Source: Naegleria gruberi
Lineage: Eukaryota
Strand: one strand, 5' to 3'
DNA: 12,747 nucleotides
Assembly (NCBI GenBank): GCA_000004985.1
Contig: GG739001.1
In this document: positions 1-8,045 of the stretch, piece by piece
How positions within the stretch are numbered: position 1 is the first letter of the stretch
How the letters are laid out: the number at the start of each line of letters is the position of its first letter
Program-made: the position numbers and the translations under genes
The notes under the pieces: generated by a model
Seen by the model: only the letters and a program-made list of their open reading frames with translations
What the model was told of the DNA's origin: nothing
Database searches by the model: none

Positions 1-15
1 CTCTAGAGGATCCCT
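1..15. other. Probable cloning-vector polylinker remnant (XbaI-BamHI: CTCTAGAGGATCCC) at the contig edge
   Basis: The first 14-15 nt read ctctagaggatccc. This matches the pUC/pBluescript-type multiple cloning site (TCTAGA = XbaI, GGATCC = BamHI) in the ...GACTCTAGAGGATCCCCGGG... orientation. Its position at the extreme end of the scaffold fits an untrimmed Sanger shotgun read. Confidence 0.45.
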
Positions 16-66
16 GGATCATAGTGCGTAGTTCTAATGATTTTGAAGGTTTGATCAATTTTTGAG

Positions 67-288
67 TTAAAGTTCTTTGGAAACTGCAAAAACAACGCCT
101 CCAACGTTTAGTTTAATTATTTCACCATCTTGGAATTCGTATTTGGTGGAAACTTTTTTCAATTCAAGGAATTCGTGTTCTCTCTTTGTCATGGAAGTGC
201 TCCAGGAGGAAAGTTTTTCTTCTAGTTGTTTCATAGTTTCCGAAATATCTTGTTTGATGGTGTCAGAGGTATTCTCAGAGTTGTTCAT
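67..288 (-). CDS. Hypothetical small protein (73 aa). Its C-terminal EIIKLNVGGVVFAVSKEL resembles the start of a BTB/POZ (KCTD-type) domain but hits a stop immediately, so it may be truncated or chimeric at the contig/vector junction
   Basis: ATG-initiated minus-strand ORF. It shows charged coiled-coil-like N-terminal composition (KQDISETMKQLEEKLSS) followed by a LNVGG motif typical of the first beta-strand of BTB/T1 domains. The stop TAA sits at 67-69. The sequence beyond that may be vector. Confidence 0.3.
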   Translation of the reverse strand: MNNSENTSDTIKQDISETMKQLEEKLSSWSTSMTKREHEFLELKKVSTKYEFQDGEIIKLNVGGVVFAVSKEL

Positions 289-301
289 TTTTTTTGATTA
301 G

Positions 302-323
302 TTTCGAATTCCGTTTCGAAACC
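302..323. repeat. Perfect 8-bp-stem hairpin/palindrome (gtttcgaa-ttccgt-ttcgaaac) just upstream of the minus-strand ORF start
   Basis: gtttcgaa and ttcgaaac are exact reverse complements separated by 6 nt. The element contains two TTCGAA palindromes. Confidence 0.5.
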
Positions 324-528
324 ATTCCATGATGCTGAAAAGTGTCAATCAACAAATTATCAAACAAAAGATTTTGCTCTGTGATTTTTATACATAATTT
401 AATAATCCAATTTATTATTTGTTTTGTCATCTCTTATTATAGGCAAATTTACCTGCTCTGTAACTAAAACATTTAGAAGTAGGTTATTGTCCATTTCTCA
501 ACTGATTTAACAAAAAGAAGTTAATTTG

Positions 529-533
529 AAAAA
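529..533 (-). terminator. RNA polymerase III terminator (T5 run) directly after the 5S rRNA 3' end
   Basis: Plus-strand aaaaa at 529-533 equals TTTTT on the minus strand, immediately 3' of ...GCTGTAGTC. Confidence 0.7.
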
Positions 534-651
534 GACTACAGCACCACAGGTTCCCAAGTTGTCTCCAACCTCAGTACTGATGTGGCTCGACGATGCTTAA
601 CTTCTCAAATCGGACGGGATGAGGTGCATTCATCGTGATATGGCCGTAGCC
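534..651 (-). rRNA. 5S ribosomal RNA gene (about 118 nt)
   Basis: The reverse complement of 534-651 reads GGCTACGGCCATATCACGATGAATGCACCTCATCCCGTCCGATTTGAGAAGTTAAGCATCGTCGAGCCACATCAGTACTGAGGTTGGAGACAACTTGGGAACCTGTGGTGCTGTAGTC. This carries the universally conserved 5S blocks: CTACGGCCATA at the 5' end, CATCCCGTCCGAT, the internal-control-region box A GAAGTTAAGC, and TGGGAAC...GGTGCTGTAG at the 3' end. The 5' GGCUACGGC pairs with the 3' GCUGUAGUC over 9 bp including 2 G-U wobbles, forming helix I. It is followed immediately by a T5 run on the minus strand. Confidence 0.9.
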
Positions 652-1086
652 ATCTACAATCTCAAATTCTGAAATATATTCAAAATGTTAAACTAAATGT
701 AGCGTCCCACACCAGAAACATTTACAATTGGAAGAAAATATGATCAGAAACAAGATTTTCGAATTGGTGTTTCTGGAGTGACTGGTGTAGTTGGAGTTTC
801 AGGTTGAGTTGGTAGCCACAACAATTTTCACAGCACTGAACGAATCACTTTGAATATTTTTGGATAGATATTGTTAAATTTGAAGATTCAAATGCCAAAC
901 CATCACATGTAATTCTTGAAATTGAGTACAAATTATAATCCCCTCCTCTCCGCAAGCTCCACCAATACATCATTTCCAAAATGCAATGACACTAATCACA
1001 GTAACCTTCTTAAAAATCTTCAAATTTTCCCTCTTTCACTGAATTTTGTGAATAGAAAACCAAAAAAAAAGATTTACAACACCAAC

Positions 1087-3401
1087 ATGCCACCATTGAT
1101 CAGTTCATCATCTCTAAATGGTGATGAATTGGAAGAACTTGATCTCAATGAAGATTATGCTGGTGGTGAAGTGTTTAAGAATGGGAATGATGATGATTCG
1201 TCCCCAGAGCCATTGCATAAGGGAGCTTCTTGGATATCAATCTTGTTCTTTATGTTTGCTGGCAAGTTGATGAGTATTGGCTTTAGAAGGGCTGGTGAGA
1301 ATTATTTGATGAAAATGATAAAGAACATGTTGAATCGTGTTGGAATCTTTGGTCGATTTGAGATTAGAAAGGAGGAGGGAATGAATCATGGGGATATTCC
1401 CAAGTTGGCCGAAAGTGAAAAGTCGAGCAATCATTGTGAATTATTCGAAAGAGAATATAGAGAATTGTATCGTGAGAGGGGCAATTATCGTGAAGATGGA
1501 GGATTTAGAAAGAATTATGGAGGTTTATTGTTGAGAGTAATTGAGAGAGTTTATAGAAGAAGAGGATTGTATACAGTTCCTTTGTGGAGAGTTGCAGAAA
1601 TGATATGTTTGTACATGTCACCACTCATTCTCTATATTTTACTCGAGTCAATCAAGGTTGATGAGTATGTGAAAAGTGCTATACCAGCAGCCACTCAATA
1701 TTTAATTCCAACATCTTCTTACGGAATATTGAGTAATGACACTGTCATTGCATCCAATTTCACAATGAACAATGAAACAAATTGGTTTCAAGAAAACTTG
1801 CCACTCTCAAATATTTTCTTCCAGTTAACTTTGGTAATTTTATTATTCACTTTCAACTCAATGGCCTCATTGTTTAATCATCAGTACTTTTTTGCAACTT
1901 CTAAAATTTGGATTCCACTCATTGGAGCTCTTCAAGGTTCAATCCTGCAAAAGTTGAATAGAATCAAGAGTGTGGAAAGAAGAAAATTCAAAAGTGGTGA
2001 GTTGAACAATCTATTTGCCATAGACACCAGAAGTGTAGCCATGGATGGTATTGATATTCATGAAGCTTGGTTAATGCCATTGACCTTAATTGTTGGTATT
2101 GTGTTGGTTTTCGTATTTTTTGGATATAGCTCACTTGTTGGTGTTCTTGCAATGATTATATGTGGACCAGTTCTTCCATTTTTGGGTAAATATCAAACTA
2201 GTTTTGCAGGCAAAGCTGCACAATTCAGAGATGAAAGAATCAAACACATGAGTGAAATATTGAATGGTATTAGAATTGTTAAATTTTATGTTTTTGAAGA
2301 TAAGATGAAAGAAAAGGTTAATCAAGCAAGAGAAAAGGAATATTCACTCCTCCGAAAGTATGTTACTGTAATGAGTGGATATTGCTTTACTTCATCCCTG
2401 ATGGCCATTGTTGGAAGTGGAGCTACTTTTGTGACTTTCTACTATGCAGGTGGAGATTTGACTTTACCTAAAATGTTTACTGGACTAGTGTTGTTTGGAA
2501 CCTTTAGATTACCATTGTTGCATTTACCTTGGGCCATTTCAAACTTGGTTTTCGCCTATGTGAGTGCCAAACGTATTGGTAGATTCTTGTTTAGTGAAGA
2601 TACTGTGAAATTACCACATGATCATGAAAATAAGGCAAACTTGTGGGAATATGATGAAGAACAAACTGAATTTTCATCCATTATGGATAATGACACTGCT
2701 ATTGAATGTAAGGATGCTTCCATTGGATGGTCAGAAGAGGAAGCTCCAACCCTCACTGATTTAAATTTGAAAATTGAGAGAGGAAAGCTCTACTGTGTCA
2801 TTGGTAATACTGGTAGTGGAAAATCAACCTTAATTTCCTCCATTTATGGTGAATCTGTTGTAAAGAGCGGAAAAGTTAAAGTTAATCCATTGTGTAATAT
2901 TTCACTCAGTGATGAAACCCCATGGTTGATCAATGCATCTGTAAGGGAAAATATTGTCTTTGATAAGAATTTAACTTTTGACAGGGAAAGATATAATAGA
3001 ATATTGGATGTTTGTCAATTAAGAGATGATCTCAGTCGATTCCCAAATTATGATAAGACTGAAATTGGTTTTTCTGGAATTAATCTTTCAGGAGGTCAAA
3101 AACATAGAATTAGTTTAGCCAGAGCTTGTTACAGTAATTCTGAAATTGTCTTGATGGATTCCACACTCAACTCAATTGATGCCAAATTGTGTAGAAAGAT
3201 TTTCAATGAATGCATTTGTGGATTTTTGAAGGATAGAACTAGAATTCTCGTTACACATTCACTTCAATTATTGGAAATGGCTGATGAAGTCATTGTTTTT
3301 GAGAATGGAAAGTTGATTGCTAAAGGGTCTTTGAAGGAAATTAAGAATTCCTATGACTTTTCCAAACTAATCTCTGAAGAAAAGGAAGAAAGTGAAACAG
3401 A
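1087..3401 (+). CDS. ABC transporter, ABCC/MRP-like (multidrug-resistance-associated-protein family). This is the 5' partial: TMD1 + NBD1, and the 3' part is lost in the N gap
   Basis: The first ATG of the long open frame is at 1087, preceded by an A-rich tract. TMD1-type conserved stretches are present: GELNNLFAIDTRSV... and ERIKHMSEILNGIRIVKFYVFE (compare ABCC GEIVNLMSVD... and NEILNGIKVLKLYAWE). NBD1 carries Walker A GNTGSGKST (around 2803-2829), the ABC signature LSGGQKHRISLARA (3085-3126), Walker B IVLMD followed by Ser rather than Asp/Glu, and the H-loop THSLQ. The ORF-track start at 916 is a TTG alternative-start artefact. The frame continues into the N run with no stop, so the gene is truncated by the gap. 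Confidence 0.85.
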
Positions 3402-6400
3402 NNNNNNNNNNNNNNNNNNNNNNNNNNNNNNNNNNNNNNNNNNNNNNNNNNNNNNNNNNNNNNNNNNNNNNNNNNNNNNNNNNNNNNNNNNNNNNNNNNN
3501 NNNNNNNNNNNNNNNNNNNNNNNNNNNNNNNNNNNNNNNNNNNNNNNNNNNNNNNNNNNNNNNNNNNNNNNNNNNNNNNNNNNNNNNNNNNNNNNNNNNN
3601 NNNNNNNNNNNNNNNNNNNNNNNNNNNNNNNNNNNNNNNNNNNNNNNNNNNNNNNNNNNNNNNNNNNNNNNNNNNNNNNNNNNNNNNNNNNNNNNNNNNN
3701 NNNNNNNNNNNNNNNNNNNNNNNNNNNNNNNNNNNNNNNNNNNNNNNNNNNNNNNNNNNNNNNNNNNNNNNNNNNNNNNNNNNNNNNNNNNNNNNNNNNN
3801 NNNNNNNNNNNNNNNNNNNNNNNNNNNNNNNNNNNNNNNNNNNNNNNNNNNNNNNNNNNNNNNNNNNNNNNNNNNNNNNNNNNNNNNNNNNNNNNNNNNN
3901 NNNNNNNNNNNNNNNNNNNNNNNNNNNNNNNNNNNNNNNNNNNNNNNNNNNNNNNNNNNNNNNNNNNNNNNNNNNNNNNNNNNNNNNNNNNNNNNNNNNN
4001 NNNNNNNNNNNNNNNNNNNNNNNNNNNNNNNNNNNNNNNNNNNNNNNNNNNNNNNNNNNNNNNNNNNNNNNNNNNNNNNNNNNNNNNNNNNNNNNNNNNN
4101 NNNNNNNNNNNNNNNNNNNNNNNNNNNNNNNNNNNNNNNNNNNNNNNNNNNNNNNNNNNNNNNNNNNNNNNNNNNNNNNNNNNNNNNNNNNNNNNNNNNN
4201 NNNNNNNNNNNNNNNNNNNNNNNNNNNNNNNNNNNNNNNNNNNNNNNNNNNNNNNNNNNNNNNNNNNNNNNNNNNNNNNNNNNNNNNNNNNNNNNNNNNN
4301 NNNNNNNNNNNNNNNNNNNNNNNNNNNNNNNNNNNNNNNNNNNNNNNNNNNNNNNNNNNNNNNNNNNNNNNNNNNNNNNNNNNNNNNNNNNNNNNNNNNN
4401 NNNNNNNNNNNNNNNNNNNNNNNNNNNNNNNNNNNNNNNNNNNNNNNNNNNNNNNNNNNNNNNNNNNNNNNNNNNNNNNNNNNNNNNNNNNNNNNNNNNN
4501 NNNNNNNNNNNNNNNNNNNNNNNNNNNNNNNNNNNNNNNNNNNNNNNNNNNNNNNNNNNNNNNNNNNNNNNNNNNNNNNNNNNNNNNNNNNNNNNNNNNN
4601 NNNNNNNNNNNNNNNNNNNNNNNNNNNNNNNNNNNNNNNNNNNNNNNNNNNNNNNNNNNNNNNNNNNNNNNNNNNNNNNNNNNNNNNNNNNNNNNNNNNN
4701 NNNNNNNNNNNNNNNNNNNNNNNNNNNNNNNNNNNNNNNNNNNNNNNNNNNNNNNNNNNNNNNNNNNNNNNNNNNNNNNNNNNNNNNNNNNNNNNNNNNN
4801 NNNNNNNNNNNNNNNNNNNNNNNNNNNNNNNNNNNNNNNNNNNNNNNNNNNNNNNNNNNNNNNNNNNNNNNNNNNNNNNNNNNNNNNNNNNNNNNNNNNN
4901 NNNNNNNNNNNNNNNNNNNNNNNNNNNNNNNNNNNNNNNNNNNNNNNNNNNNNNNNNNNNNNNNNNNNNNNNNNNNNNNNNNNNNNNNNNNNNNNNNNNN
5001 NNNNNNNNNNNNNNNNNNNNNNNNNNNNNNNNNNNNNNNNNNNNNNNNNNNNNNNNNNNNNNNNNNNNNNNNNNNNNNNNNNNNNNNNNNNNNNNNNNNN
5101 NNNNNNNNNNNNNNNNNNNNNNNNNNNNNNNNNNNNNNNNNNNNNNNNNNNNNNNNNNNNNNNNNNNNNNNNNNNNNNNNNNNNNNNNNNNNNNNNNNNN
5201 NNNNNNNNNNNNNNNNNNNNNNNNNNNNNNNNNNNNNNNNNNNNNNNNNNNNNNNNNNNNNNNNNNNNNNNNNNNNNNNNNNNNNNNNNNNNNNNNNNNN
5301 NNNNNNNNNNNNNNNNNNNNNNNNNNNNNNNNNNNNNNNNNNNNNNNNNNNNNNNNNNNNNNNNNNNNNNNNNNNNNNNNNNNNNNNNNNNNNNNNNNNN
5401 NNNNNNNNNNNNNNNNNNNNNNNNNNNNNNNNNNNNNNNNNNNNNNNNNNNNNNNNNNNNNNNNNNNNNNNNNNNNNNNNNNNNNNNNNNNNNNNNNNNN
5501 NNNNNNNNNNNNNNNNNNNNNNNNNNNNNNNNNNNNNNNNNNNNNNNNNNNNNNNNNNNNNNNNNNNNNNNNNNNNNNNNNNNNNNNNNNNNNNNNNNNN
5601 NNNNNNNNNNNNNNNNNNNNNNNNNNNNNNNNNNNNNNNNNNNNNNNNNNNNNNNNNNNNNNNNNNNNNNNNNNNNNNNNNNNNNNNNNNNNNNNNNNNN
5701 NNNNNNNNNNNNNNNNNNNNNNNNNNNNNNNNNNNNNNNNNNNNNNNNNNNNNNNNNNNNNNNNNNNNNNNNNNNNNNNNNNNNNNNNNNNNNNNNNNNN
5801 NNNNNNNNNNNNNNNNNNNNNNNNNNNNNNNNNNNNNNNNNNNNNNNNNNNNNNNNNNNNNNNNNNNNNNNNNNNNNNNNNNNNNNNNNNNNNNNNNNNN
5901 NNNNNNNNNNNNNNNNNNNNNNNNNNNNNNNNNNNNNNNNNNNNNNNNNNNNNNNNNNNNNNNNNNNNNNNNNNNNNNNNNNNNNNNNNNNNNNNNNNNN
6001 NNNNNNNNNNNNNNNNNNNNNNNNNNNNNNNNNNNNNNNNNNNNNNNNNNNNNNNNNNNNNNNNNNNNNNNNNNNNNNNNNNNNNNNNNNNNNNNNNNNN
6101 NNNNNNNNNNNNNNNNNNNNNNNNNNNNNNNNNNNNNNNNNNNNNNNNNNNNNNNNNNNNNNNNNNNNNNNNNNNNNNNNNNNNNNNNNNNNNNNNNNNN
6201 NNNNNNNNNNNNNNNNNNNNNNNNNNNNNNNNNNNNNNNNNNNNNNNNNNNNNNNNNNNNNNNNNNNNNNNNNNNNNNNNNNNNNNNNNNNNNNNNNNNN
6301 NNNNNNNNNNNNNNNNNNNNNNNNNNNNNNNNNNNNNNNNNNNNNNNNNNNNNNNNNNNNNNNNNNNNNNNNNNNNNNNNNNNNNNNNNNNNNNNNNNNN

Positions 6401-7460
6401 NNNNNNNNNNNNNNNNNNNNNNNNNNNNNNNNNNNNNNNNNNNNNNNNNNNNNNNNNNNNNNNNNNNNNNNNNNNNNNNNNNNNNNNNNNNNNNNNNNNN
6501 NNNNNNNNNNNNNNNNNNNNNNNNNNNNNNNNNNNNNNNNNNNNNNNNNNNNNNNNNNNNNNNNNNNNNNNNNNNNNNNNNNNNNNNNNNNNNNNNNNNN
6601 NNNNNNNNNNNNNNNNNNNNNNNNNNNNNNNNNNNNNNNNNNNNNNNNNNNNNNNNNNNNNNNNNNNNNNNNNNNNNNNNNNNNNNNNNNNNNNNNNNNN
6701 NNNNNNNNNNNNNNNNNNNNNNNNNNNNNNNNNNNNNNNNNNNNNNNNNNNNNNNNNNNNNNNNNNNNNNNNNNNNNNNNNNNNNNNNNNNNNNNNNNNN
6801 NNNNNNNNNNNNNNNNNNNNNNNNNNNNNNNNNNNNNNNNNNNNNNNNNNNNNNNNNNNNNNNNNNNNNNNNNNNNNNNNNNNNNNNNNNNNNNNNNNNN
6901 NNNNNNNNNNNNNNNNNNNNNNNNNNNNNNNNNNNNNNNNNNNNNNNNNNNNNNNNNNNNNNNNNNNNNNNNNNNNNNNNNNNNNNNNNNNNNNNNNNNN
7001 NNNNNNNNNNNNNNNNNNNNNNNNNNNNNNNNNNNNNNNNNNNNNNNNNNNNNNNNNNNNNNNNNNNNNNNNNNNNNNNNNNNNNNNNNNNNNNNNNNNN
7101 NNNNNNNNNNNNNNNNNNNNNNNNNNNNNNNNNNNNNNNNNNNNNNNNNNNNNNNNNNNNNNNNNNNNNNNNNNNNNNNNNNNNNNNNNNNNNNNNNNNN
7201 NNNNNNNNNNNNNNNNNNNNNNNNNNNNNNNNNNNNNNNNNNNNNNNNNNNNNNNNNNNNNNNNNNNNNNNNNNNNNNNNNNNNNNNNNNNNNNNNNNNN
7301 NNNNNNNNNNNNNNNNNNNNNNNNNNNNNNNNNNNNNNNNNNNNNNNNNNNNNNNNNNNNNNNNNNNNNNNNNNNNNNNNNNNNNNNNNNNNNNNNNNNN
7401 NNNNNNNNNNNNNNNNNNNNNNNNNNNNNNNNNNNNNNNNNNNNNNNNNNNNNNNNNNNN
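3402..7460. other. Assembly gap (4,059 N). All ORF-track entries crossing it are artefacts
   Basis: The run is uninterrupted n characters. The ORF track translates it as X in four overlapping ORFs on both strands. Confidence 1.
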
Positions 7461-7540
7461 AAAAGAAAACACTGGATTGGGATGAAAGTGGAAAAGTGGA
7501 AGTGAAAGTTTATTATCCAATACCATCTGATTCCAACTGA
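7461..7540 (+). CDS. Possible 3'-terminal coding fragment (…KKTLDWDESGKVEVKVYYPIPSDSN*) of a gene whose body lies in the gap. It is not ABCC-like
   Basis: The frame is open from the gap edge to TGA at 7538-7540. A canonical AATAAA lies immediately after it at 7541-7546. No homology is recognisable, and it could instead be non-coding. Confidence 0.2.
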
Positions 7541-7576
7541 ATAAACCCAGATTAAACCAAAACCATAACTTCTCTC

Positions 7577-7580
7577 AAAA
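7577..7580 (-). terminator. Pol III terminator T-run (TTTT) 4 nt downstream of the tRNA 3' end
   Basis: Plus-strand caaaac at 7576-7581 equals GTTTTG on the minus strand. Confidence 0.55.
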
Positions 7581-7584
7581 CTTC

Positions 7585-7657
7585 TGCTGACGGACGGGAT
7601 CGAACCGGCGACCAATGGCTTATTAGACCAACGCTCTACCGACTGAGCTACGCCAGC
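7585..7657 (-). tRNA. tRNA-Ile (anticodon AAU, read as IAU)
   Basis: The reverse complement is GCTGGCGTAGCTCAGTCGGTAGAGCGTTGGTCTAATAAGCCATTGGTCGCCGGTTCGATCCCGTCCGTCAGCA (73 nt). The 7-bp acceptor stem is GCTGGCG/CGTCAGC with one G-U. The D arm is GCTC-AGTCGGTA-GAGC. The anticodon loop is CTAATAA, giving anticodon AAT. The T arm is GCCGG-TTCGATC-CCGTC with GTTCGATC, and the discriminator is A. There is no encoded CCA, consistent with a eukaryotic gene. One mismatch occurs in each of the anticodon and T stems. A T4 run lies 4 nt downstream. Confidence 0.85.
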
Positions 7658-7659
7658 TT
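7638..7659. repeat. Direct repeat copy 1 (22 bp, accgactgagctacgccagctt). It covers the tRNA-Ile 5' end (positions -2 to about +20)
   Basis: It matches 7787-7808 at 21 of 22 positions. Confidence 0.8.
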
Positions 7660-7684
7660 ATTGATAATAATTGGTTTTAATAAT

Positions 7685-7761
7685 GCTACGTCATTTGCTT
7701 ACATTTTAAATATATTACTCAAAATTGAAATTGTTCTCAATAAAATGTAACATAACGTAGC
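7685..7761. repeat. Imperfect inverted repeat/hairpin inside the ~127-bp segment bracketed by the two tRNA-derived direct repeats. The arms are 7685-7708 and 7741-7761 and the loop is about 32 nt
   Basis: The left arm gctacgtcatttgcttacatttta pairs with the reverse complement of the right arm, ggagctacgttatgttacatttta. The matching blocks are ttacatttta/taaaatgtaa and gctacgt/acgtagc. Confidence 0.6.
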
Positions 7762-7786
7762 TCCTTCAACGTTAAAATTATTAAAT

Positions 7787-7808
7787 ACCAACTGAGCTAC
7801 GCCAGCTT
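7787..7808. repeat. Direct repeat copy 2. This is an orphan 5' fragment of tRNA-Ile (acceptor 5' strand + D stem/loop only) and is not followed by the rest of a tRNA
   Basis: accaactgagctacgccagctt. Its reverse complement, GCTGGCGTAGCTCAGTTGGT, equals tRNA positions 1-20 with one T/C difference. The sequence after it (ATTTAATAATTTTAACG...) is not tRNA-like. Confidence 0.8.
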
Positions 7809-8045
7809 CTAGAAGACCCTTAATGAACTTAGCAAATACCTTACCAATTAACATCATGGTGGACAAGCTAAAAGTACTATTTTTGAACATTTTGGTAAAT
7901 TGTGGTTGGTTCTCTTCTAACAGGAATTCAGAAGATGTCACATCTCTTAAGAACATCATAAAACTTGACAAGAAAAAATAAGCAAACAAAGCAGATCTGC
8001 AAGATTTTGAAAATTAATTTCGGAGGAACTATTCATCAAAAAAAC

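Noticed and set aside
77-301. Plus-strand ORF of 74 aa
   Set aside because: It is the antisense shadow of the minus-strand ORF 67-288. It has a low-complexity S/F-rich translation and lacks an A-rich upstream ATG context.
1237-2325. Short minus-strand ORFs (1237..1434, 2131..2325) inside the ABC transporter gene, and similar antisense ORFs inside the G-alpha-like and LRR genes (8060..8254, 8660..8866, 10356..10538, 10950..11348, 11522..11866, 11939..12388)
   Set aside because: All are embedded antisense in well-supported sense-strand genes, and AT-rich sequence generates such ORFs readily.
916-7615. Four giant ORFs in the track (916..7485 +, 3392..7540 +, 3341..7615 -, 3351..7526 -) translated as runs of X
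   Set aside because: They exist only because a 4,059-nt N run contains no stop codons. Only 1087-3401 (+) is real coding sequence. The minus-strand versions even overlap the tRNA gene.
7699-7989. Minus-strand ORF of 96 aa
   Set aside because: Its C-terminal third is encoded by the tRNA-derived repeat and the hairpin segment, and it runs into the F-box gene's upstream region. No motif was recognised, so it is most likely spurious.
7965-8045. ORF-track N-terminal extension MTRKNKQTKQICKILKINFGGTIHQKN upstream of MEKKLY
   Set aside because: It begins with a non-ATG alternative start. The first in-frame ATG at 8046 follows an A-rich tract, as the other genes in the window do.
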